Assembly (NCBI GenBank): GCA_039028615.1
Contig: JBCCHT010000007.1
Location: 1 to 64,000 of the forward strand
Source: Myxococcota bacterium
GTDB lineage: Bacteria > Myxococcota_A > Polyangia > Nannocystales > Nannocystaceae
DNA length: 64,000 bases
Direction of reading: 5' to 3'
Made by a program: the position numbers and the translations under genes. Below the pieces are notes generated by a model, which had not been told where the DNA came from, made no database searches, and was given only the letters and a program-made list of their open reading frames with translations. This document shows positions 1 to 9,256 of this stretch, piece after piece (position 1 is the first letter of the stretch; every line of letters begins with the position of its first letter).

Positions 1-639
1 CTCGAAGCGGCGCGCCTGCTCCTTCTTGGAGATGGAAAACCAGAACTTGATGATGTGCAGCCCGTCTTCGTACAGCATGTGCTCGAACTCGGGGACCTGG
101 CGGCTGAAGGCCTGGTACTGCTCGTCGGAGCAAAAGCCGTTGACCGGCTCGACGACGGCGCGGTTGTACCAGCTGCGATCGAAGAACACGATCTCGCCGG
201 GGTTGGGCAGCTGTCGGGCGTAGCGCTGGAAGTACCACTGCCCGCGCTCTTCGTCGGTGGGCTTGGGCAAGGCGACCACCCGCAGCGCCCGAGGGTTGAG
301 GTGCTCGGTGAAGCGACGAATCGTGCCGCCCTTGCCCGCCGCATCGCGCCCCTCGAACAAGATCGCCACCCGCTTGCCCTTGCGGGCGATCCATCGCTGG
401 AGCTTGACGAGCTCGATCTGCAGCAGCGCCAGCTCTTCCTCGTAGCGCAGGACCTTGATCGCCTTGCGCACGTCGACCTTGCGACGGCGCAGCAGCTCGA
501 TGAGCCCGTCTCGCGTGCCCAGCCGCGCGAGGTCGGCCGCGCTCAAGGCCGGCTCGCGCCCGCCATCGACGCGGAGTGCCACCTCGCGCTCGCCATCGCC
601 CTTGCGTCCGCCCTGCTCGTCCTCGTGTTTCCGACCCAT
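1..639 (-). CDS. ppk2: Polyphosphate kinase 2 (3' end runs off the window; absent from ORF track)
   Basis: Manual minus-strand translation from ATG 639: ...LQIELVKLQRW...VAILFEGRDAAGKGGTIRRFTEHLNPR...VALPKPTDEERGQWYFQRY...FFDRSWYNRAVVEPVNGFC...IKFWFSISKKEQARRFE, the canonical PPK2 motifs. Confidence 0.95.
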   Translation of the reverse strand, partial: MGRKHEDEQGGRKGDGEREVALRVDGGREPALSAADLARLGTRDGLIELLRRRKVDVRKAIKVLRYEEELALLQIELVKLQRWIARKGKRVAILFEGRDAAGKGGTIRRFTEHLNPRALRVVALPKPTDEERGQWYFQRYARQLPNPGEIVFFDRSWYNRAVVEPVNGFCSDEQYQAFSRQVPEFEHMLYEDGLHIIKFWFSISKKEQARRFE

Positions 640-725
640 TCGGCGATCACGGTACCAGCCCTCGCCCAGGAACGATCGGCCGCGGCCCACCTCGGTCCGC
701 GTAGCCCCGTACCGGAGGCCGGCGC

Positions 726-1706
726 TCAGCTGACTTCGTCGCGCCCCATGCTCTGGTAGACGTCCTCGAGGTCGCTGCGCACCTTGGACAGCGCAATGAC
801 CTCGACGTCGCCCAGCACCAGATCGCGAAGCAGGTGGGCGGCCTTTTCCTCGGTGCCGTGGATGCGCACCCGCACCAGCCCGCGGTCGCCCGTCTTGGGG
901 TCGGGGGCCGGCTCGCCCTTGTGCAGCGGATCGATGCTCTCGATGAGCCCCTCGTGCTTGCGCAAGATCTCGAGGGCCTTTTGCAGCCCGCGGGTCACGT
1001 GCACCTCGTGGAGCCGGCGACCGACCTCGTAGTTGTCGATGACCTCGTCGACGGTGCCGTGCACCTCGAGCTTGCCCTTTTGGATCAACGCCACCGTGTC
1101 GCAGAAGCCATCGAGCTCGCGCAGGATGTGCGAGGACACCACGATGCCCACGCCCTTGCCCGCGACCTCCCGCAGGATGTCGCGGAGCTGCCGACGGGCG
1201 AGCGGATCGAGGCCATCGGCCGGCTCGTCGAGCAACAGCAGCTCGGGCTCGTGCACCAGCGTCCGCGCGATGGCCAGGCGCTGACGCATGCCCTTGGATA
1301 GCTCGCTGATGGCCACGTCGGCCTTGCCCGCCAGGTCGAACATGGTGAGCACCTCACCCACTCGACGTCGCGCGGTCGCGTCGTCTTGCCCGTAGCACTC
1401 GGCGAAAAAGCGCAGGTACGCGGCCGCGCTCATGGAGGGATAAAGGGCCGTGCCATCCCCCAAAAAGCCGATGCGCTGGCGGATCTGGAAGCGGTCTTTC
1501 CAGGCGTCGATTCCATCCCACAGCACGCGCCCCTGGTCGGGGCATTGCAGGGTGGCCATGACTCGCAGGGTGGTGCTCTTACCGGCACCGTTGGGGCCGA
1601 TGAGGGCAAGGACCTCGCCCCGGCGCACGGCCAAGGACAGCTCGGAGACGGCGTCGCGTACGCCATCGTAGGAGTGTCGGATCTCGCGGCACTGGACCTG
1701 TTCCAT
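726..1706 (-). CDS. ABC transporter ATP-binding protein (ABC-2/drug-export type)
   Basis: Walker A GPNGAGKST, signature LSKGMRQ, Walker B LLLLDEP, H-loop SSH; likely start MEQVQ at 1706. Confidence 0.92.
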   Translation of the reverse strand: MEQVQCREIRHSYDGVRDAVSELSLAVRRGEVLALIGPNGAGKSTTLRVMATLQCPDQGRVLWDGIDAWKDRFQIRQRIGFLGDGTALYPSMSAAAYLRFFAECYGQDDATARRRVGEVLTMFDLAGKADVAISELSKGMRQRLAIARTLVHEPELLLLDEPADGLDPLARRQLRDILREVAGKGVGIVVSSHILRELDGFCDTVALIQKGKLEVHGTVDEVIDNYEVGRRLHEVHVTRGLQKALEILRKHEGLIESIDPLHKGEPAPDPKTGDRGLVRVRIHGTEEKAAHLLRDLVLGDVEVIALSKVRSDLEDVYQSMGRDEVS

Positions 1707-1818
1707 GGAAAATCGGCCTCGTCGGGGTGGCTCGTCGCAGGTGGGACGCACGAGCGGCGAAAAAGGTTCCGCGCGCCGTAGCGTTGTCGGGGCTTGAAGC
1801 GTACAACCACTCAACCCG

Positions 1819-3240
1819 ATGCGCCGCCGCCGTCTCTCGCCCTCGTTGCCCTTGCTCGCCTCGTTCGCGGCCGCTGTCGCCTGTCGGTCCCAGCCCCTCA
1901 CCGAGCCGCCCGACGTGCCCACCGAGGCCGATCAGGGCGTCGAAGACGCGCAGCGCCTGCCGGGCTTCGAGACCACCGCATCGGCCAGCGAAAGCGAGGA
2001 GGGCATCGAGCGCTACTACGTGCCGCTCGACGATGCCCCCGCCCGCGGACCCAAAGACGCCGCGATCACGGTGGTGATGTTCAGCGACTTCGAGTGCCCC
2101 TACTGCGGCCGCGGGCACGAGATCATGGGCAAGCTGCTCGAGCGCCACCCCGGCTCGGTCCGCATCGCCTACAAGGCCTTTCCCCTCGACATGCACCCGC
2201 ACGCCTTGCTCGCCGCGATGGCGGCCCGCAGTGCACAGGCGCAGGGCAAGTTCTGGGATTTCCACGACCGGCTCTTCAGTCAGCGGGGCCTCGACACCGA
2301 CACGCTGTTCGAGCACGCGAAGGCTTCGGGCCTCGACATCGGCCAGCTGCGCCAGGACCTCGAGCGGCTCGAGTACGGCCCCGAGGTCTCGCGCGACCTT
2401 CGGCTCGGCAAGCGACTGGGCGTGCACAGCACCCCCACCTTCTTCGTCAACGGTCGCGTGCTCACCGGAGCGCAGCCCCTCGAGAACTTCGAGGTGCTCA
2501 TCGAAGACGAGATGCAGCGGGTCGAGCAGTGGCTCAAGCAGGGCCTCGACGCCTCGCAGACCTACGAGCACGCCATCGCCGATGGCTACCGCAAGGTCGT
2601 ATTCACCGACGATCGCCGGCCCGACCCCGATCTGGTGGTCCCCGTGCCGCTGGGCGACTCGCCGCAGCTCGGTCCCGCGGACGCCCCCGTCACCATCGTC
2701 GCCTTCGGTGACTTCGAGTGCCCCTTCTGCGTGCGGGGCAACGACACCGTCGAGTCGCTGCGCGAGCAGTACGGGTCCAAGCTCCGCATCGTCTATAAGC
2801 ACACCCCGCTGCCCTTCCACAGCCACGCGTACCTGGCCGCACGGGCCTCGATGGCCGCGCATGCCCAGGGCAAGTTCTGGGCCTATCACGACGCTCTGTA
2901 CGAGCGGAAGGCTCGCTTCGACGAGGACGACCTCGACGAGATTGCCCGCGAGGTCGGCCTCGACCTCAAGAAGTACCGCAAGGCGATGAACGGGCTCGAG
3001 CTCGATCGGGCGATCGAAGTCGACCAGAAGCTGGCGATGAACCTCGGGGTCAGCGGAACGCCGGCCTACTTCGTCAACGGGCGACCCGTGCACGGGGCTC
3101 AGCCCGAGCTGGTCTTTCGGTTGATGATCGAAGAGGAACTCGACCGAGCCGCCAAGGCCAAGGCCTCCGGGGTCTCGAGCACCGACCTATACGAGACGCT
3201 GACCCACACTCCGCTGGGCGACGCCCCGGGCGGCAAGTAG
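1819..3240 (+). CDS. DsbA-family lipoprotein with two thioredoxin domains
   Basis: Lipobox AVAC; two DFECPYC/DFECPFC motifs, each with a cis-Pro GxxSTP/GTP-xFxVNG motif. Confidence 0.9.
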   Translation: MRRRRLSPSLPLLASFAAAVACRSQPLTEPPDVPTEADQGVEDAQRLPGFETTASASESEEGIERYYVPLDDAPARGPKDAAITVVMFSDFECPYCGRGHEIMGKLLERHPGSVRIAYKAFPLDMHPHALLAAMAARSAQAQGKFWDFHDRLFSQRGLDTDTLFEHAKASGLDIGQLRQDLERLEYGPEVSRDLRLGKRLGVHSTPTFFVNGRVLTGAQPLENFEVLIEDEMQRVEQWLKQGLDASQTYEHAIADGYRKVVFTDDRRPDPDLVVPVPLGDSPQLGPADAPVTIVAFGDFECPFCVRGNDTVESLREQYGSKLRIVYKHTPLPFHSHAYLAARASMAAHAQGKFWAYHDALYERKARFDEDDLDEIAREVGLDLKKYRKAMNGLELDRAIEVDQKLAMNLGVSGTPAYFVNGRPVHGAQPELVFRLMIEEELDRAAKAKASGVSSTDLYETLTHTPLGDAPGGK

Positions 3241-3246
3241 CTCGCG

Positions 3247-3816
3247 CTAGCGGGGGCCGTAGCCCGTCGGCGGGTGCGGCCCCGGCTGCGGCGCGCCCCC
3301 GGGGGCCGGATAACCCTGGGGAGCACCCGGGTGGGGCGCGGGCGCGCCCGGCTGCGGATAGCCGGGTGCATGGGCCGCGGGATGTCCCGGAGCCACGCCA
3401 TGGGCGTGTGGCGCCTGAGCGTAGCCGCCGTACCCGGCCGGCGGCGCGGCCACGGGCGCACCACCAACCGGCACCGAGCCCATCGCGGCCGTCTGCGCCG
3501 TCCACTGGCGACCATCGAACCAGCGCATCATCGGGGCGCCAGCCGGGTCGGGATACCAGCCCGCAGGCGCAGCGTTGAGCATCGGCATGACGGGCAGGCC
3601 CCCCAGCGCCTTGAGCTTCTCGAACTTGGGGCGAATGGCCAGGAAGTAGCCCAGCGACCCCATGAGCCCGACGAACAGGACGAGCACCAGCCACAGCGTG
3701 CGATCTTGGCCGATCGCCTTCCACTCCTGCTCGGGGCGCCGGAGGATGTCGACCAGGCTCCACGACCACACGCCGATTGCGCCGAGAACGACCGCTAGAA
3801 CGACTAGAGCACCCAC
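3247..3816 (-). CDS. Membrane protein with PLDc_N-like hairpin, DUF2510 motif and Pro/Gly-rich tail
   Basis: Two N-terminal TM helices; PAGWYPDPAG...RWFDGRQWT motif. Confidence 0.8.
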   Translation of the reverse strand: MGALVVLAVVLGAIGVWSWSLVDILRRPEQEWKAIGQDRTLWLVLVLFVGLMGSLGYFLAIRPKFEKLKALGGLPVMPMLNAAPAGWYPDPAGAPMMRWFDGRQWTAQTAAMGSVPVGGAPVAAPPAGYGGYAQAPHAHGVAPGHPAAHAPGYPQPGAPAPHPGAPQGYPAPGGAPQPGPHPPTGYGPR

Positions 3817-4240
3817 GTCGTCACAAGCCTAGCAGGTTGTTGAACCGTCCGCGTCCGAGGGGAGCCGACGAGAGGACAAACGCAGGCTTCGACGGGGTGA
3901 TCCCGGACGCCATGGCCACCGTCGGCGACTCGGGGGGCGACGGGTGGCCCGGCGCGGCGACGCGCTCACGGGGCCCACCGGCCCGTAGACGCCCCCGCCG
4001 GGGAGCTGTCCCGTGGGCAGCGGCCCCGGTCGTCGGCGGCGAACAGCCGTGTGCTTCGCCACCGTCCTGCGCAGTGTTGCCCCTAGTTCTTCGAGCCCCG
4101 TCATCGGCGTATCCCCTCGCCCGGCCTCGGCCATGCCCAGCCCCAACCCCCCTGCGGACGCAGCCATTCCCCTCGATTCCGGCTCGGGTGGGAGGGATCC
4201 ACACCGCTGTGGAGGTCGTTCGGCCCCGACTTCTCGCGAA

Positions 4241-4273
4241 AAAAGGAGCATCCTTTTGTCGGACCCCGCGTCT
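4241..4273 (+). promoter_or_regulatory. Putative ECF-sigma promoter overlapped by a 7-3-7 palindrome, upstream of arsI-sigZ
   Basis: AAAAGGA-GCA-TCCTTTT (4241-4257); GCATCC (4248-4253) lies 15 nt before an ECF-like -10 CGTC (4269-4272), which ends 13 nt before ATG 4286. Confidence 0.45.
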
Positions 4274-4285
4274 TGTGAACCAACG

Positions 4286-4843
4286 ATGACCGTTCAATCC
4301 GCCGTTCAGTTCCCCACCCCGACCCGGGTCCACGTCGCTCTCGCCGTGAAAGACGCCCCGCGGGCGGTGGCCTTCTACCGCGCGCTGTTCGGCCAGGAGC
4401 CGACCAAGGAGCGCTCCGAGTACGCCAAGTTCGAGGTCTTCGATCCCCCGCTGAACCTCGCGCTCAACGAGACGCCCACCGCCAGCACCCCGCCCGCACC
4501 GCAGCACTTCGGCATCCAGGTGCAGCAGCCCGAGGCCATCACCGCCATCGCCGATCGCATGAAGGCGGCCGGCTTCCTCGGCGAGGTCGAGGAGCAGGTC
4601 ACCTGCTGCTACGCAGTGCAGGACAAGATCTGGATGACCGACCCCGACGGCCACCGCTGGGAGCTGTTCATCGTGACCGAGGCCGACTCGCCCGTGCACT
4701 CCAAGAGCCGCCAGGTCGACGATGCCTGCTGTGCCCCCATCGCCTCGACCAAGGGCGCTCCAAAGGCCCAGGCCGAGCCCGAGGTGAAGGCCGAGCCCGA
4801 GGTCGCCGAAGAGCCCTGCTGCGCTCCCTCGTGCTGCTCATGA
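4286..4843 (+). CDS. ArsI/CadI-family VOC (glyoxalase-fold) heavy-metal/organoarsenical enzyme
   Basis: RVHVALAV...FYRALFG..PTK.R..YAKF...DPPLNLALNE...HFGIQV...TCCYAVQDKIWMTDPDGHRWELF; C-terminal CC pairs. Confidence 0.88.
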   Translation: MTVQSAVQFPTPTRVHVALAVKDAPRAVAFYRALFGQEPTKERSEYAKFEVFDPPLNLALNETPTASTPPAPQHFGIQVQQPEAITAIADRMKAAGFLGEVEEQVTCCYAVQDKIWMTDPDGHRWELFIVTEADSPVHSKSRQVDDACCAPIASTKGAPKAQAEPEVKAEPEVAEEPCCAPSCCS

Positions 4844-5430
4844 GCACGCCCGACGCCAGTGCCGTCGCCTTCGAGCGCTTCGTGGGCGGGGTTCGTCGCT
4901 ACGTGCAGTCGCGCGTCGACGACCCCGCCGCCCGGGACGACCTCGTGCAGGAGGTCTTCTTGCGGGTCCACGACCGTCGCGACCAGGTCCAAGACGACGA
5001 GCGCCTCGCGGGATGGATCCGTCGCATCGCCGCCAACGTGGTGCACGACCACTATCGGCGCGCCCGCAACACGGAGGAGCTGCCCGCCGAGCTGCACGCG
5101 CCCACCGACCCCGCCGACGAACCCGAGGCGCTCGACCGGGCGCTCATCGCCTCCTGGCTCGCGGCCACCGTGGGCCAGCTCGAGCCCCAGCATCGTGAGG
5201 TGCTCACCCTCACCGAGCTGCAGGGGCTCACCCAACGCGAGGCCGCCGCCCGCCTCGGCCTGTCCCTGCCCGCGGTCAAGGCTCGGGTGCGGCGCGGCCG
5301 AGCGGCGCTGCTGCAACGCCTCGAGCGCTGCTGCCACATCGAGCTCGACCATCGCGGCGCCCTCATCGGCTACTCGCCTCGCGATCCCTGCGCCCCGTCG
5401 TCGACCTGCTGCCCGCCCTCGGACGACTAG
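4840..5430 (+). CDS. ECF RNA polymerase sigma factor, SigZ-like
   Basis: DDLVQEVFLR, WIRRIAAN, HTH LTQREAAARLGLSLPAVKARVRRGR, then LERCCHIELD..G; ATGA overlap with upstream gene. Confidence 0.88.
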   Translation: MSTPDASAVAFERFVGGVRRYVQSRVDDPAARDDLVQEVFLRVHDRRDQVQDDERLAGWIRRIAANVVHDHYRRARNTEELPAELHAPTDPADEPEALDRALIASWLAATVGQLEPQHREVLTLTELQGLTQREAAARLGLSLPAVKARVRRGRAALLQRLERCCHIELDHRGALIGYSPRDPCAPSSTCCPPSDD

Positions 5431-5589
5431 TGTGGTGAGTCTGCAATCCGTTTCAAAGAACGCTGTCAGCGCGGGCCATGCCAAGGCACGAAGAGGGCGT
5501 TCATTGGGCATGAGCAACCGATGAGGAACGCAGGCATGGGCCGCGGGGGCGGTGTTCTTTTGGAGCGGATTGCGGACTCACCACACTAG
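5427..5589. mobile_element. MITE-like / internally deleted IS (possibly IS5 family), ~39-bp terminal inverted repeats bounded by CTAG
   Basis: Left CTAGTGTGGTGAGTCTGCAATCCGTTTCAAAGAACGCTG; reverse complement of right end CTAGTGTGGTGAGTCCGCAATCCGCTCCAAAAGAACACCG; no transposase inside. Confidence 0.72.
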
Positions 5590-5668
5590 CTCCGTTCACG
5601 GTTCAGCTCACGACCCGGTGCATGGGCGGGGCCGGGCGGCGCGGCTATGCTGTCTGCGAGTCAGGACC

Positions 5669-6070
5669 ATGAACTCGGAAGAGATCCTCGCCATTCGCGT
5701 GCTGGCGATGCCGGCCGACACCAACGCCCACGGCACGATCTTCGGCGGCTTCGTGCTGGGCCTCATCGACCAGGCGGGGGCCGTCGCGGCCTTCTCGGTC
5801 GGGGCCAGCAAGGTCGTGACCGTGTCGATGAAAGAGGTGACCTTCAAGGCGCCCGTCCACGTCGGCGACGCGGTGTCTTGCTTCGTCCGCGTGATTCGTT
5901 GCGGCAAGACGTCGATCACCACCTGCGTGCGCGTCGTGGCCGAGAGCCCGAATGCGCGGGCCCGGGGCGTCGCCCCGCGCGAGGTGACGGAGGCGGAGGT
6001 CGTGTACGTGCAGGTCGACGAGCGAGGCAACCCGCTGCCACTGCGGCTGGCCGAGAAATCGCCGGAGTAG
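5669..6070 (+). CDS. Acyl-CoA thioesterase (hotdog fold, YciA-like)
   Basis: MPADTNAHGTIFGGFVLGLIDQAG...VTVSMKEVTFKAPVHVGD...GKTSIT. Confidence 0.9.
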   Translation: MNSEEILAIRVLAMPADTNAHGTIFGGFVLGLIDQAGAVAAFSVGASKVVTVSMKEVTFKAPVHVGDAVSCFVRVIRCGKTSITTCVRVVAESPNARARGVAPREVTEAEVVYVQVDERGNPLPLRLAEKSPE

Positions 6071-6090
6071 GCGCTCGCGTCCCGCCGCGC

Positions 6091-6570
6091 TCAGTCGGGC
6101 GGACGGGTGCGCTGCGGCGTGACCCGGACCGTGGTCGTCTCTCCGAGCGGCCAGGTCCCCTCGGAGACCTCGATGAGCGCCCAGGCTCCGTCGGCCGAGC
6201 CGCTGGACATGCCGGTCAGGTTCGCCTCGCGGGAGTAGGCCATGCGCGTCCACGACTCGTTGGGGCCGAGGCTGCCGCTGATCGAGGCGGCGTTGGTCAG
6301 CGCGGTGTCGCTCGAGGTGGCCGTCTGCGCCGAGAACCCGCACTTGGTGCGCTCGGGGCCCTCGTTGGTCGCGGTGATCTCGACTTCGAGGTTCCAGGAA
6401 CTCGAGTGATACAGGTCGGCGCGCGTCAGGACGAAGCGACACGACCCCGCCTCGATCGCCTCCCCGGTGGGCCACGGCGACACCGTGGAGCGCGAGGGGA
6501 TCGAGCCGTCGCAGGAGGCGAGAGCCGAGGTACAGCCAAGAGTGAACGCGAGCAGCCAGCGCGACCGCAT
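6091..6570 (-). CDS. Hypothetical lipoprotein (beta-rich, DUF4352-like)
   Basis: Signal MRSRWLLAFTLGCTSALASC; coding-like composition. Confidence 0.6.
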   Translation of the reverse strand: MRSRWLLAFTLGCTSALASCDGSIPSRSTVSPWPTGEAIEAGSCRFVLTRADLYHSSSWNLEVEITATNEGPERTKCGFSAQTATSSDTALTNAASISGSLGPNESWTRMAYSREANLTGMSSGSADGAWALIEVSEGTWPLGETTTVRVTPQRTRPPD

Positions 6571-6706
6571 GGCGCAATGGTAGCAGGCCCGGCGGGGGCG
6601 GCCGGCACGGGCGCGGTCTCGAACCTTCCGTGTCCCGCCGGGTGTCATTTCGGCGCCCCCCTTGCAGTCGTCGTGGCTTGGGGTATGCACGGGCCGAGCC
6701 CTCGCC

Positions 6707-7924
6707 ATGGATGTCGTCTTCATCGCGGCCGCGTATCCCCCCGAGATGCCGCAGTTCGCCCGGGGCCTGGCCGCCGTCGGGGCCCGCGTGCACGGCATCG
6801 GCAGCGGCCCCGCGTCGGGTCTGTGCGCCACCGCCCGCTCGGCGCTGACCAGCTACCTGCAGGTGCCCTCGCTCTTCAACGAGCAGGACGTGCTCGAGCG
6901 GGCCACCGCATGGTTAAAGGGGCGCAACGTCGACCGGGTGGAGTCGCTGTGGGAGCCCACCGTGCTGCTCGCCGCGCGCATGCGGGAGCGGTTCGGCATC
7001 CCGGGCATGAGCGTCGACACCATCGCCGGGTTCCGCGACAAGCAGCTCATGAAGGAGCGCATCGCGGCGGCGGGGATCCGCGTGCCCCACTCGGCGCGCT
7101 GCCGCACCACCAGCGAGTGCCGAGTCGCCGCCGAGCGCATCGGGTACCCGCTCATCATCAAGCCCATCGACGGGGCGGGCAGCGCCAACACCTACCGGCT
7201 GGAGTCGAGCGCCGAGCTCGAGCGCGTGCTACCCAGCCTGATGCGCGTGCCCGAGGTGAGCGTCGAAGAGTTCATCGACGGCGAAGAGTTCACCCACGAC
7301 ACCATCTGCATCGAGGGCACGCCCGTCTACGAAAACGTGGCCCAGTACCTGCCGCGGCCGCTCATCGCTCGCTCGGTGCACGACCTCAGCCCGGTGATCT
7401 GCACCGTCCGCGACCTCGGCCAGCCCGCGGTGAAGGCCGGCCTCGAGCTGGGACGCAGCGTCCTGCGAGCACTGTCGATGAGCACCGGGTTCACCCACCT
7501 CGAGTGGTACCGAAAGTCCGACGGCGAGGTGGTCTTCGGCGAGGTGGGCTGTCGGGTCGGCGGCGCGCGCCTGGTCGACCAGATGAACTACAGCTCCGAC
7601 TGCGACCTCTACGTAGAGTGGGCGCGCGCAGTGTGCTGGCACGCCTTCGAGGCGGACACCACCCGGCACCACAACGTGGCGATCATCTTCAAGCGCGCCC
7701 AGGGGCAGGGTCGAATCTCCCGCATCGAGGGGCTCGAGGCCCTGCTCGCTCGCTTTCGGCCGTGGATCTGCGACGTCGACCTGCTGCCCGTCGGCACCCC
7801 GCGACGCGACTGGACGCAGACCCTGGTGAGCGATGGCTACGTGATCCTCCGCCACCCCGAGTGGAGCACGGCGATCGCCATGGCCAACGCGGTCGCCAAC
7901 GAAGTGAAGCTCTACGCCCAGTAG
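6707..7924 (+). CDS. ATP-grasp domain carboxylate-amine ligase
   Basis: FRDKQLMK, GYPLIIKPIDGAGS, VEEFIDGEE, THLEWY, FGEVGCRVGG. Confidence 0.88.
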   Translation: MDVVFIAAAYPPEMPQFARGLAAVGARVHGIGSGPASGLCATARSALTSYLQVPSLFNEQDVLERATAWLKGRNVDRVESLWEPTVLLAARMRERFGIPGMSVDTIAGFRDKQLMKERIAAAGIRVPHSARCRTTSECRVAAERIGYPLIIKPIDGAGSANTYRLESSAELERVLPSLMRVPEVSVEEFIDGEEFTHDTICIEGTPVYENVAQYLPRPLIARSVHDLSPVICTVRDLGQPAVKAGLELGRSVLRALSMSTGFTHLEWYRKSDGEVVFGEVGCRVGGARLVDQMNYSSDCDLYVEWARAVCWHAFEADTTRHHNVAIIFKRAQGQGRISRIEGLEALLARFRPWICDVDLLPVGTPRRDWTQTLVSDGYVILRHPEWSTAIAMANAVANEVKLYAQ

Positions 7925-7930
7925 GCGCGG

Positions 7931-9256
7931 CTACGAGCTCGAGTCGTCCGCCGCCGCCACGCCCCCGCCGTGGCCGCGCACCCGATAGATGCGGCTCGTG
8001 GGCGGATCCTCGGGGTCGAGGCCCAGCGTCTCGCAGCGGCCGAAGGTCGCGGTGTAGAGGAAGCCGTCGCTGCCCTGCCGCCAGGCCACGGGAAGCGCGA
8101 GGTGACCGAGGTGCTCGTCCGCCACCACATCGCCCTGGTCGTCGACCTGAAGCGAGCGCACGTAGCCCAGGCAGTAGTCGCCGAAGAGAATGCGGTCGTC
8201 GAGGTTGCCGCCGTACTGGTCCATCGCGCCGCCGACATAGGGACCCGCGGTCCAGGCCACGCGCGCGTTGGTGGCCACCACGTCCTCGTCGTCGAGCATG
8301 TAGTCGGTGATCTCGTCGTGGGACCACGACCGCAAGGGATCGACGACGTCTTCGCAGCCCGACTCGCAAGGGCCCTCGTGCAGCGCCCAGCCGAGGTTCT
8401 GGGCGGGGGCGTCGATCATGTCGATCTCCTCGAACCCGTTGGCGCCCACGTCTCCGACGAACCAGCGCCCCTGGGCATCGAGCGCCCCGCGCCAGGGCGA
8501 GCGCAGACCGTAGGCGTAGACGTCGGGATGACCCGAGTCGGCGTCGACGAAGGGATTGTCGGGGGCCGGCTCGTGTCCCGTGCCCTGCTGCGCGGGGATG
8601 ATCCGCACCAACGCGGACAGCGGCGACTCCACGTCCTGGCCGTGGCTGGACACGCGCTTGTCCCCGAATAGCGCCCACAGGGCACCCGTGTCGTCGAAGC
8701 CCATGGCCCCGATGTTGTGCCAGGGACGAGGGGCCTCGGGGTCACCCGCGACCATGATCTCGGCGCTCGAGGCCCCGATCCCCGCGTAGTCGCTCGCGTC
8801 GAACTGCAGCCGATGGATCGCGCTGTCTTGCTGGCTCACGCACATGCCGACGTAGAACAGCCCGTTGTCGGCAAAGCCGGGGTCGAGCGCGATGGAGATG
8901 AGGCCGCAGTCGAGGTCGTTGTAGACGCCGGGCACGGTAAACTCGCCCTGCAGGTTCACCTGGTCGCCCTCGACGGCGTAGTGCCCGACCCGGCCGTCCA
9001 AGCTCAGGACCAAGAGCTCCATCGAGCCGGGCAAGAACGCCAGATCGGTGACCAAGCCGAGCGAGCCATCGACCTCCAGCTCATCGAACTCGAGGCGAAA
9101 AGGCCCGCTCTCCGCGCCTTGGGTGGGCTGCGAGGGCTCGCTGGACTGGTTGCCCGACTCGGCAGTGGAGGCGTTGCCCGAGCTCGACCCACGGCAGGCC
9201 ACGACGCTGAGCATCAGCGTCCCGAGGATCTTCGCGGTGTTCGTGGTGGCGTTCAT
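7931..9256 (-). CDS. PQQ-dependent glucose/sorbosone dehydrogenase-family beta-propeller lipoprotein
   Basis: Lipobox VVAC; GLISIALDPGF..NGLFYV, HNIGAMGF, PAPDNPF, VYAYGLRSPWR, VGDVGANGFEEID, NLGW. Confidence 0.85.
   Translation of the reverse strand: MNATTNTAKILGTLMLSVVACRGSSSGNASTAESGNQSSEPSQPTQGAESGPFRLEFDELEVDGSLGLVTDLAFLPGSMELLVLSLDGRVGHYAVEGDQVNLQGEFTVPGVYNDLDCGLISIALDPGFADNGLFYVGMCVSQQDSAIHRLQFDASDYAGIGASSAEIMVAGDPEAPRPWHNIGAMGFDDTGALWALFGDKRVSSHGQDVESPLSALVRIIPAQQGTGHEPAPDNPFVDADSGHPDVYAYGLRSPWRGALDAQGRWFVGDVGANGFEEIDMIDAPAQNLGWALHEGPCESGCEDVVDPLRSWSHDEITDYMLDDEDVVATNARVAWTAGPYVGGAMDQYGGNLDDRILFGDYCLGYVRSLQVDDQGDVVADEHLGHLALPVAWRQGSDGFLYTATFGRCETLGLDPEDPPTSRIYRVRGHGGGVAAADDSSS

Noticed and set aside
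55..759. 234-aa plus-strand ORF
   Set aside because: Antisense shadow of ppk2, which is on the minus strand
3829..3846. CTAGCAGGTTGTTGAA, resembling an IS5/IS1182-type end
   Set aside because: No partner inverted end or transposase remnant found in the window
5647..8310. 887-aa plus-strand ORF and similar long Arg/Gly/Pro-rich ORFs (e.g. 25733-29353, 53929-56418, 17582-19774)
   Set aside because: Shadow frames of real genes in a high-GC genome; no motifs, biased composition
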